Shown in pieces: positions 37,771-49,703 of a stretch of 64,000 nt of DNA. The number at the start of each line of letters is the position of its first letter. Within the stretch, counting starts at the first letter, position 1. A program made the translations under genes and the position numbers. The stretch is taken from the NCBI GenBank assembly GCA_043228905.1, contig JBHGNT010000021.1:5828001-5892000 (forward strand), in the 5' to 3' direction. Under the pieces are notes generated by a model that saw only the letters and a list, made by a program, of their open reading frames with translations, was not told the DNA's origin and did no database searches. Source of the stretch: Azolla caroliniana. Its lineage: Eukaryota; Plantae; Polypodiophyta.

Positions 37771-40700
37771 TTGTAGCACCTTCTCGCAGTCGTCGATGTG
37801 TGCTGCCACGAATCGCCGGCATCCGTCCGGCCCGAGTGTCTCGTCCTTCTCTTCCAACGGGCACCCCTTGATCGGGATGTCGTCTAGAAACGGCATGGTG
37901 ATGTCCGGGATACAATCCCTCAGTACCTTGTTCATTGCATTCACCATGTGGGCCACCGAGTTAGTCCCTCCTTGTGGCAGGGTACACATTCGCACTAGGC
38001 TGAGGGGAGTTCGCATCGTCGTAATGTCTCTGCTCTCCACGACTAGCTGGAACTGGTCATACCCCGAGTATAGATCACAGACCTAGTAAATCGACCTTCC
38101 GGCGAAGGCCTCCGCGAACTCGTCTATGGTCGGTCCGATTCCTGCGTTCCGAATGGTCACTCTGTTGACCGGCTGCAAGTCTTGAATGAAGCGCATCGTT
38201 CCGTTTTTCTTTGGTACGGTAAACCATCGGTTCGAGTATGGGGCACTCGACGGTTCGAGAATGCCCATATCGACTTTTTGCCTCAATAGCTCCATCAACT
38301 TCGGGATGTGAGCTCTCGGTACTGGAATCGGCTTGAGATTCCACGGCACATGCGGTACCGTGAATATCACCATCGGCTCCACGATTGTCGGGTCTACGCA
38401 CCCGATCTCTTCCGGTGAGAATGCGAAGGCTTTCCCGTGCCTTCCGAGCATTCTCCGAAACCGGTCTTCTTCTGCCGGCAGTAGGAACCCGCCCCCACCG
38501 ATCTTGAGCTCCCGGAGCGTCCCGTCAGTGAAGGTGTGTCCTATGCAGGCCGGATCTCGCAAACTGGGGTCCGACGCAACCCCTCTGATCCGGGACTCGC
38601 TTCCCTCCGGTAAGGGTGCCGCGACTAGCCTTACCTTCCGGTCCACAGTCTTGTACTTTGTGCTAACCCGGGCCGTCCGATCCGGCTCGAGCCCCTATCT
38701 GAAGTTCGTGATGACTTCGTACATCTCTTCGGAACATACCGGTATCGTCCGGTCTTCGTTAAGGTCTTCTCCGGCTACCTTCCTCAGCATCCCCAAGGTG
38801 TCGTCGAAGGAGACCGCCTCCATGGCTCCGCTGATTTCCTCGTCCAAGCCGAGGACTCCGCACGCTCGAAGTCGCTCCTCCGCCCTTGCCTTTTCTCGGC
38901 CAACGATGCCGACTATCATACACCCTCCATTGTTGGAGAAGCAAAATTTTCTACCTATTGTACAAGGTTTCTTCGGTTTCGGTTCTATCGTAGAGCTGTG
39001 GGGTTTTCCCGAGTGTCCGGACTGTCTCGGCCCCACGCCTTGGCAGCCCTCTCTAAAAATCCTCTCGGTTCTCGCCACCGAGGGATTCGCGGTTTCGCTC
39101 GTGGTTCGGCCGCACCGTCAGAAATTGGACCGAATGGCGCCCGTCCTGGCTTTTGACCCTTGCGTAGGCCGAACCGTTGTCCAGCACTTTGGTCTCCATT
39201 CGCACCGCTGTGATGTATGGTTCCCCTAATATGACCGGGTGCGAGGACGTCTCCTATACGAAGAAGTGCTGGTCAATCTCGACGTCGCCGATCTTGACTC
39301 GCACATTCGGGCGGGCCCCATGCAGTTCCTCGGTGGCGCGCGTCGCCGCCCGTATCTTCCACCCGTGCTTGGTGTTGATCGGCCATTTTCCCTTCTTATA
39401 GAAGTCCATGGACATCAGGTTTATTTCCGAACCGCGGTCCACCAATGCCACCACCGCTTCCTGAACATCTCCGATCTTTACCGGGGTCTCCGTGGTCGCT
39501 CGGGCCTAGTGTGGCCTCGAATAGTGGCTCTCCGCCCACTCATCTTCCAGCGCCATGGCGTTGATGTGCGTCGTCTGCACCTCCACCGGTCTTTCCGGTT
39601 CCGTCTCCGTCGACAGCCTCTTCCGTTTCACCAGGTCCACAATGGAGTCGTGGAACTCCTTCTTGGCGATCCCTAGCACCTCCCGCAATGACAACTCCAC
39701 TTTGCTGTCGAGGATCCGTTCTTCTAGGACCTTTCGTAGGTCCGTAGTCCTTTCTATTTCCGTCCCCAGTCGGTATCCGCCCTTCCTGGGGTTATCTTGC
39801 AAGCTGGGCCCACCGGCATCGTTCCGTCGCTGCCCGAATCGGGTCTCGTACCGTTGTGAGGGCCCAGCCGCTCTGGCTTTCCCCACTCGTTTGTCTTCTA
39901 CCAAAGCCTCATAGTTCCGGCAGGCGGCTTCTACGAAGCCCGTCTTCTCCTCGACCGGGTCGCTCCACTCGGTTACTTCCCAGACCCGTCTCTCGGCGCG
40001 GTCCGCTTCGTCTTTCCTCAACCGTGCGCCGGCGAGGCCTTCCAGCATTGCCGACCAGAATCCGTCTTTGCTCTCCTTTCGGGCCTCGCTGCCCCCGACC
40101 CGAATGCCGGTCGACGCCGAGTAGTGGATGGCCTCCACGTGTCGGGCCGCTGCCTCTTCCATCAGTCTCTTCATACCTCCTCGCCCGTCGTTTCGGTTTA
40201 GGGCCCTTTTGGTGTCGCCGGCGTGCACCCGGCCTTCCCACAGGTACACCACCCGGTTCCTCAACGCCTCTGCGAAATCGCCGCAGTCCTTCCGAATGTG
40301 GCCGACCTCGTCACACCACATGCACCTGTTCCCTGCTGTCGGTCGTCGGTCTCGAGCCGGTTCACCGCTTTCCCTCCGAGTCTGGGCGATCTGGAGATCC
40401 TTTATCGCCCGCGTCAACTCCTCCAGCGCTGCTCCTTCAGACGAGTCATTGACCATGCCGGTCGAAGCCGAACCGGTTCCGAGCCACTCCCGGGTCTCTG
40501 CCCTTCGCCCTTGTGGTGCCGGTTCAAGCCTCCTTGCTGTGACAGAGCCCGCTCCGGTCGCCCCGTTGTCAGCCCATTCTCGCCGTTTGTCGAAACGGCC
40601 ACAGACTCTCTTAACCGCAGTCCAGTCAGTCGTCAGCTCGTCTTCGGTTTCTAGCAAGGAGCCGACTTGATCCCGGTCCCGCTCGTCCACCGACTTGACG

Positions 40701-41845
40701 AACAGTAGGACCCGGCTCGTATCCAGGACGGTTCGGTCAAGCGCCGAGAGGCGCGCAAAGCGTTCCTCAAACTCCCGGAGGAGTGCCGACGCGTTTCTTC
40801 CTTTGCCGGGGGACTCCACCCATTCCATGAAGTCCCGTTTCGAAAGCCGGAGCACGTCGTCCAGCCCGTATTTCTCTAGGAGTCGGCCTTCGAACTCCTC
40901 CGAGGTACGACTCTCCGCCCGTACCTCGAGCACCTCCGCATGGATGCTCGGCATCGCCACTCGAGGGAACCCGGCAAGACGCCTCTCTTCCGGAATGTCC
41001 CGCATCAACATTTCCGCCCCGTAGTACGCCAAATACTTCGTAGCATCCTTTCCGCTGAACCGGCCGATTGTACCGACAACCGCCTCAATGGCTCTATCGA
41101 GGGCGCCGGTGCCCTCGCGTGTGCTCAATATCCGATCCACGGCCGAAGCCATGGCCTCTGCAAGATCCGACCCTTTCATCTTCTACTCTTCTGCCGCCTC
41201 TTTCACGTCGGGTTCACCAAGATGTCGAGGTAATCCTCGCGGATGCGTGGAACGAGGCGGGACCTCGGGGGTCTTGTACCGAAGAGCAAGAGAGAAAAGG
41301 AGAGGGGAAGAGACCCACAAGGTGCGAACGTAGATTCACAGGGACACGACCCTTCGACACAGAGACGCGAGTGCGACAGCGACACAGAGAGACACGAATG
41401 TATGTAAAATTATATAAACAAGACAAACAACAAGAAGCACGAAGTCGGTTACAACCGAACAGGCCGGCGAACAAATGTCGATGCATGTTCGTAAACGCAC
41501 AGAAAGAAAGGAGTAGGTTGGAGGTGCTGCCGGAAGCACTCGGGCATTCCTCAGAGCAGCGCGAGCCTCCCGAAACCTGCACAGAAAGGAGCTACAGAGT
41601 ATGGAAGAGAGAAGCCTTCGGCCCGCAATCCGATAGCACTTCGTCCTCGACTCTCTGCGATCCTTCGCCCCTCCTCGTCTCCCTCCTTTTATAGGCAAGG
41701 AAGGAGCCGTTTCCCCTTTACTTCCTACCTACCGAATCTACCTGCCTAGGATCTCCTATGTACAACATAAGGCGCACGTGCATGAAGAGCCGGTTCCTAC
41801 GCTCCGGTGCACCGATTCCGCTTGTGGACGATTTTCTTCACGACA
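37771..41845 (-). mobile_element. Ty3/gypsy LTR retrotransposon, 3'-truncated (5' LTR, tRNA-Trp PBS, gag, protease, partial RT)
   Basis: LTR 41223-41845 with TGTCG...CGACA termini; PBS 41202-41219; gag 41179-39506 with CMWCDEVGHIRKDC knuckle; protease ALVDRGSEINLM; RT PYSNRWFTVPKKNG, FIQDLQPVN, DLYSGYDQF, LPQGGTNSV and FLDDIPIKG. No RNase H, integrase or 3' LTR. Confidence 0.92.
41202..41219 (-). other. Primer-binding site complementary to the 3' end of tRNA-Trp
   Basis: The + strand TTCACGTCGGGTTCACCA equals the 3' 18 nt (including CCA) of plant cytosolic tRNA-Trp as I recall it, 3 nt inside the LTR. Confidence 0.85.
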
Positions 41846-41854
41846 GCATTTAGT

Positions 41855-42105
41855 CGATTCTGGCTATGGATACAACGACCTTGCACGCGCTAGTTACACA
41901 CAAACCACTTACACTCACAACTCAAACTATGAACAAGACGACTCTACTCATAAAGTTTTCCCTAGTAATCTTTATACTTAGATAACATACGCGTTATTTA
42001 CACAACTGGACTAAATAGGCACTCAAAACCTATTTACATATTTGATCTTCTTCCCTGATACCTGTCTAGAATTCGGCCCATCCGAAAGGGACCTAATTCT
42101 CAACA
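41855..42105 (-). mobile_element. Partial second (5') LTR of the copia element
   Basis: Direct repeat of about 37327-37564, ending ...gaattcggcccatccgaaagggacctaattctcaaca. Confidence 0.88.
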
Positions 42106-42137
42106 GAAATTTCAACATAGATTTTTACCCTTTCAAC

Positions 42138-42322
42138 CATAGTATGAACCATACGTGCATTCGCATTCGAGTATGGTAAACACCCTCAAAGAATGGTAAA
42201 TACCATACTTTTGGATTAACTATTTATTATGAGGTAAATAAACCTAAAAAAGACAAAAAACGCACACAAGAATGTTTGAATAAAATTCACATTCGTTTTC
42301 CAATGTAGGAAAATGAATGTTA
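42138..42322 (-). repeat. Dispersed repeat, inverted copy of 31079-31296
   Basis: Reverse-complement match to 31079-31296. Confidence 0.85.
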
Positions 42323-42429
42323 TGCTAGACGAACCCAAATTTACAGACTATGCTTTCAATTACTCTCGGACTGCTATAGACATACATATATCCCAAAGCT
42401 TTAGTAATAACCATTATACATGGCCACAT

Positions 42430-43460
42430 GCCTTATGTCGGTGGAGGAAATGCCCAGATCAGTGCCTGATGCCTCCAACGTATACTGCCATTAATCATGC
42501 ATAATACCTTCATCCTTTCCCATCTCTTCTTAAAAACCTCTTGCTTTTGAAAGATTACATCTGAAACACCTTTGATAGTATCATATTCTCCTTTTAGTGT
42601 ATGCACCAAGGTCACCCAAATCTCCTTTACTACATCAACAACATTCCATTGAATTTGTTGAAATATCCTTCAACATCTACTAGTCCACAAAACCCATTAG
42701 GTTATTGAACTAATTGTCTCCTAAACCACTCCATTTTGGACCAAATTAATAGGCATACATGGCAACACTTCCTCAACATATTGACCTCTTGTATATAATG
42801 CAAAGTTAGCATTTTCTTTTTCATAATCTTGTACCTCACCCTTAATATCAACCCACATTATTGTCCCCCATTTATATACTCTAGAGCCATACACCTCATG
42901 CAAGTGACGTAAAAACCTTTTCCAAACCAATTTGGCAACCATACATGACCATGAAAGGTGCTGAAGAGACTCCACTTCTAACCCTCAAAAATCACACATC
43001 TTGCCACATCTTTACGATACATCCAAACCCTAACAGGAACAGCATAATGAACAATCAACCATCTAAATAGAATAATCTTCTTTGGAATTTGCATAGCTCA
43101 TACCCATTTCCAAAATGTTGTCATGTGAGTAGGATCAACATTATAAGTCAACCCTGTTGTAGCAGTTGTCGGCCAATGGGGTACCCTATGTTGTATCATC
43201 TCCCTTCCCAATCGAACGGAATATTGAAAAAACGGAATCGGCCTAACATCCTCCCCAGAATATGATCTACGTAGCCACTTCCATTCACCTTGGTCCCATT
43301 CCAATTCACATAATGGTTTTCTCCCCACTACCCATAAATCCCACCATGGATGAACATCATTAGGATCAGGGTTGAGGACTCAAACCTTATCTACCTTAGC
43401 TAGAATTCTAATAGGTTTTAATATAGCCTCAACCAAACATTCATCTTCCCGGAGAATCGT
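42430..43460 (-). mobile_element. Degraded LINE ORF2 3' remnant (zf-RVT region)
   Basis: Broken frames giving FWKWV...PKKIILFRWLIVHYAVPV...C..ESLQHLSWSCMVAKLVW, a zf-RVT-like pattern. Confidence 0.65.
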
Positions 43461-45105
43461 CCATGCTATAGAAATCATAACTTAAGAAAGTATCATTATC
43501 TCTAAACTTCAATTTTGCCATTCATTTAATTTCTTTCTTTGCTACTAAACTTCAATTTAGTGCACTACTTGGCAAACAAGATAGTTCATAATTATCTCAT
43601 GAAATCAATACTTGAAACATTCCAATGGTTACATGTTGGTGAATATTAAAAATGTTATGGTTAACATTTTGTAATTTATTATCTCTATGTTGTTTTAGCT
43701 CTAAGATATACCTACCTAGTGTATTAATATATGGGGTATCCAATAGTTGGGAGAAGGTGGGAGAGGCTCCTAGTATGTCTTGGTTATTTTTAACTTATCT
43801 CAATGTAAGGTGGACACTTGCATGTAAAGTGATACTCATCCTCTATCACTATGTGACATGATCTACATATTTGTTCTTCTTTGGGTCCGTTAGCATGACC
43901 ATTCTCAATCTCAAGTTGGTGAGATGATACTCTAAGGTTGTCCACTGGAGACTAGAAGGTCATGCATTCAACCCCTATGGTCCATAGTTGCACCTAGAGA
44001 GAGAGAGATGTAGATGACTTGGTAATTGCACATGGGCTTCTAGTAATTAGACAAAATATATATGGTGTAATAAAAAGGAATGGAAGTCAAACTTTGATCC
44101 CAACTCCTAGGATCAGTAGTACAACATCTTAACAATATGATAAGCTAATTACAATGAAGCTCAAGATGAAAACTGACAAAGGAAGCTTAGAAGAGGCAAA
44201 AAATGTAATCTTTGTTGTCTCTTACATTATTTAGGGCTTTTCATGCTAACGTGGCCACAAGATCAATTGTTTCTTCCCTTTTTATTTGGTTTGTTGTTCT
44301 CAAAGATGAGACAACATTTGAACATGTTATCCTATAAACTTGTCCAATTAGAAAGATATGGGAAATGAAATGTACAAGTACTTGGCAAATGGAGAGGAGC
44401 CATTGTCTCACAATGGTCAACATCAACATGAATTGTTCGTGTGGATTGTCACACTTAAGCCATTATATATCACTCAGAATTATTGGAAATTATTCAGTTT
44501 CTTTGATGAGTTGAAGCAATCAGTGTCTATCTTAATCCGGATGTCAACTTTGAAGTTGACTACCAATACCTCCATTTTAAGCTGCAGTTGTCTTGCGCTT
44601 CAAGGGACATAGTCAACTACAGGGAGTTCAATAACTAGTGCAATTTTGAGAGTAGAATTAGAACTGCATTCAGTATATCAACCAAGATTTTGGCTTGCAT
44701 TTAAATAACCCCTCTTAATAGTAAGAAGAAAGCCGTTATATTAAGATTAAAGTCTAACTCTCCTTATAAAGGTTACATGATGTTTTTTGTTTACCAATAT
44801 TTAAAGCCTACTTGGCGAGTTTTATGTTTTAATTCATTCATAACACCCAACACTCTACAAATGGGAGGCAGTTCATCACATTGTGCTTCGCACATAATGT
44901 CTTGTTTAATACAACCTTGTTAGATACATATTCGTACAATTGGTGTTGAAGACAAAGGTTAACTCAATTAGTAAGGTGTACACGTTGCTAAGCAAAACAA
45001 ATTACAAGAGATATGTGTGCCCTCTTGCTTGCAATTTATAATATATATATATATCCTTTCTTGAACGCAATATGTATAGCCTTTCTTGATTGCAAGATAG
45101 TGATG

Positions 45106-48100
45106 CTAATAACAAGTCTTTTGAAAAGATGTGAAGAATTCATGTTGTAATGCCTCCTTTGCACTAATCCTATTTCTTGGATCTATTTGCAAACATCTCT
45201 CAAGCAAATTAAAGAGAGACGGTGGCACCAATGGCAATATATCCGACCTCTTTATGTTTTTCTCACACCAATTCTGCACTGAACAAGGCTGTAGTTTGGA
45301 TGAGCTAACCTCCTGTAAATGTTATTCATTGTTAATCAAGGATTAGAAAATGCCAAGAAATCATGTATGTTTTCAAAACATTAAATGGCATCAAAATCAG
45401 TCGAGAACCACTGCTCAATTTGACATTAATAACAGAAATTTCCTTCGGTAAACCCTCATTATTGCAGCAAGAGAAATGCAAAGAAACTAGGCATTCCTAG
45501 TGGCAAAGGCAACCTATGGTAGCTTCAAGTACAATAATAAAAATTATGACAGTATATTAAAACTCTCTTACCATGCGTATGGATATGACTTACCTGTTAC
45601 ATAGTTATAAACCTTAAAGAAAGGCTTGTATTAAAGTGTAACATACAAATTTTCGGTGTGACCAACCCAATTCTTGTTTATCACCAAGGTATCTAGTCCA
45701 CAGGAGGGGGGGACACAATTATTTTAAGACGAACAGGGCTCTATATTCATTAGCAGAGATCCGTTCAAATTTGCAATAGAATAACTTATGTCATGTGGTG
45801 AAACGATAATACATTGTCCAACAGATACCCATGCAACGTTTCCATGGAATAATAGTCCATAACCTGGTGCGTATGAGAATGTCCATAAAAGCTAATAAAA
45901 TGTTCAATCATACCCTGCCTCAAGTATCTCATAGTAAGCAAGGAAACATGCTCCATATCATCCAGAATCTTATATTTCTATGATGACAACGAATAAGGAT
46001 GGCAATCATATCATATTACAATGAAAAAGCTTACCTTGGGGAGAGTAGCTTCGCGATTATGTTCCTTTGCCAGTGTACAGATTGCATCACTGCCAGAAAA
46101 TTGTGATATATCCAATAATGACCTGTAAGCGAATGTGACTGTTTAGCAGTAAATTTCTGATGTAAGAAAGATAGAGAACGTATAGTAGACATTTCTTTGG
46201 AAGTAATAAATGTCTATAGTATTTTGTATGTAGTACAGAGTATTTGGTTAACTTTATTGCATACTGTAATGTCTCCTTTATCAGTTCCCCGACTACAAAT
46301 TGAGTTCTTACTGGTCTAGGTTGCTGGAGAATGAAAATGGTGACTTCCCAAGAATAAGTTGAAAGAGACTGACCCCAGCTGACCAGATATCAATCTTTTC
46401 ATTCTGAAAAGGAGACTTCAAAAGAACCTGAAACTTGTGTATGAACATTAGGACCTACACCATTTGACTATATAATACTTCCCTATTTAAATGTATCCCT
46501 TAAAAAATTACCTCTGGAGCACGATACCCTTTAGTACCAGCACATGGCCCTTCTTTTCTCATTTTTTGCATCACTGAAGAAGTACAAACATGATAATTAT
46601 CAAAAGAATCAACAAAGAGAATATACAGAACATTTGCTTCTATAATGCCACATGGATTACCTCGAGCTTTAGAGGGATGGCCCAATTCAGGAGTTTTTAC
46701 GTACGACAATCTCGAAATAGGCATAGTGCTTTGCAATAAGCTCTGGTCTACTAAAACCTTTTGATGTTTTCTTTTCTGAGGTGCAGCAACTCTTTTTTTA
46801 TAAGAACTCGGTAAAGCAGAAACAGGTGGTTGTGGACTCTGTTGATTCTTCTGTACAAATTCCCATAGTTCCCGTCTACCGAACCTTGGAATCATTTGCT
46901 CACAATTCTGTGTATCACCATTCTGTTGCTGCCCCAGGGGTGACTGGAAACATACAAAGATTTTTTGGATGTTAAGCTCCAACTACACATTTTAAGGCAA
47001 AAAGCTCTGAAATATTCTGTGTTTCTCCAAATGCCTTTAACCAATAACCAAAAGAGAAATTAAATTTACTATCTGGTCAATTATGTGATCAATTCATCCT
47101 ATTTCTCTCAGTTACATGTTATTAGAGTAATTATATGTCAAATCATCCTTTTTTTCTTAGTTATGGATTAACTAAGGGCAGTTAGTGAAATAAACAAAGC
47201 TCAGGCATTTGGGGAAAACAGACGTGATTAAGAGTTTTTTCTTACACAAAATTCACGCAAATGTATAAAAATGCATTAGGACATACCCATTGCGTGCTTG
47301 GCTTGGATCCTTTCAAGGCATTTGTAGCTCCCTTCACCAAAGAACTTTGCCCACTTGCAGGAGATGACCTCATAGAAGAAATTTTAGGAAAAACATGACC
47401 AGAGCTATCTAGACTAACTTCTGGAAAATGTGACTTGTTCCGTTGACGGTTTGGTGTCAACTCAATATAATTGTGTGATTCAGAAATATTTGATTGTGTT
47501 AATCGGCTGGATAGATTCGTATCACACGTTGGAGTACTAGATGGAGTGGATGTTTTATCTTGAAAATGTCCAGTTTCACGATTTGATCTGTTGCAATATT
47601 TAGGCATTGACCGGTGCTCCCGAACTATGTGCTTTGAGGTTGACTCAGTCTCTTGTTGAGACTTTTGTACATATTTATATGTGTCAGCACCACCTTCTGT
47701 GGTTTTCTTTTGGTACTTCATTCCTATAAAACCATACAAAAAGAAACTAGATGAAATTTCTGCAATTTGCATATGGATAAAGAAAATCTGATTACACTTA
47801 GTAAAGGAGCACTTATATAGTAGCTTGGAATATCAACGCATGCATAGGACATAACATTACTACTATCATCTAGTGGAAAGATGATGAAATCCTTCCACTC
47901 AGATTATTATTTTAGGACATAATCATCACCAAAAACACACAATACTATAGTCTTATATGTTTATAAATATATTGACACTCATTGCACACATATATTGAAC
48001 AATTGGATATATCCTAGACTAGAGAATATCAATTTTAAGTTTCACTATGGAATGATGACTCATTCATAGAGAGATCCTCTCAATGGAAGACCTGAAATCT

Positions 48101-49666
48101 GAAAAATATGGAATGGGCCTTCATTTTGGTCATTTATGGCATACATATCAATCAAGCTACCAAATAAAGAAAACTGTTTCAATCCTCCTTATTTCACAAT
48201 CTGAATTCAAAATTACAAATACAAAAGTTAATGATATTTCAGATACTGACCGCCTGAAGAAACGTGCTTTTGTTGAACCTGCATTATTGGAAGCAAACCA
48301 AATCATGCCTTAGATTAATACACAATATAAGCATCCAAATAGGCCATAACCATAATTAGATAATCATATATTATAACTGAAACAAAAGTATACTACTGAT
48401 GCAGATAACTGGAGAATAATCCAATGGTCTAATTATCATATTTAATTACTGTCACAAAACAAAAGTCAATAAAATAGAATCAAACCGTCGCAAGGTTAAA
48501 ATCAACGAGCCAGCCATTCCGTCTCTCCCGAGAAAATAGAAAGTTTCCTGGCTTCACATCTCGGTGAATGACTCCCTGCACACGTTTGCAACAATGTGAA
48601 TACCATGCACAAAACCCTAAGACAAGCACATAAACATATTTGGTTTTACAATGGCAAGCATATAAACAAAAATCACATAAAGAAAAATACTCTAGGAAAA
48701 GGCAAGCACATAAACGCAAAATAAACAAAAATCACTGAGAAAAGGTAAAGCAGACAACAGCCAATAGATCAGGGAGACTAGTTTATAACCACAAATAGTT
48801 CAAAAAGGAAAGCATATACACGAAATTAGCTCAGAAAGGTAAGAACATAAATCACTGTATATTTCAAGGTGGTCAACACACCTTGCTATGGAGGTAATCC
48901 AAAGCTTTGAAAAGGGAAAACCCGTATGTCTGCAACTCCGAGATTGTAATCTCTTTCTTCAAGACCTTAAAAATAAAAAAAGTACTTCATAAGTTACTTG
49001 TTTAGGATTAGAAAGTATAAAAAATTCACATAACATATTCACCTCAGGTTTTTCATGTTCTACATATTCTAAAACAAGGCACTGTCGGCCAGACTCCTCT
49101 ATTACATCTACACATCGAGGAATATAATTGTGGCCACTACAAAATGCAAATAAGATGTGAGAATTCAAAAAAAAAATTCAATGGAATCCACCTTAACACT
49201 GCAGTGGCCCAAGAAATCAGTAACTAACTCACCCATATTTTTGTAGCACCTTGATTTCGTTTTGCACATATTTACTAGAGGTTTTCTCATAGGGATCTAC
49301 AAACAACATTAGTACCAATTAGAAAAAATGACTTAGATGTTGAGATTAAAATATTAATATAAGAGTTTTGACTCCATTCAGAGATGCTCACACTTTATTG
49401 CACGTAGTTTGCCATCAATTTTACTCATTGCTTTATATACTGTGCCATAACCCCCTGCAGAAGATACAAGACTTGATCAATATTTCTATTGTTATTGATC
49501 ATTAAACAATTTCACTAACATAGCTTGAATGAGTGTATGTACCCGATCCTTCAATGGACTCCACAATAAATCCTTCAAAGGAAGGCAATTTGTCATCAAG
49601 TGGCTACAAAATCATTAAAAGATAGTGAGGACTTTACTGATAGAGTTTATATAATCAACAGTCTAG

Positions 49667-49703
<37 letters not shown>

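Noticed and set aside
38333-41698. Long plus-strand ORFs (298, 198, 208 aa and others)
   Set aside because: Shadow frames of the GC-rich gypsy element and its LTR.
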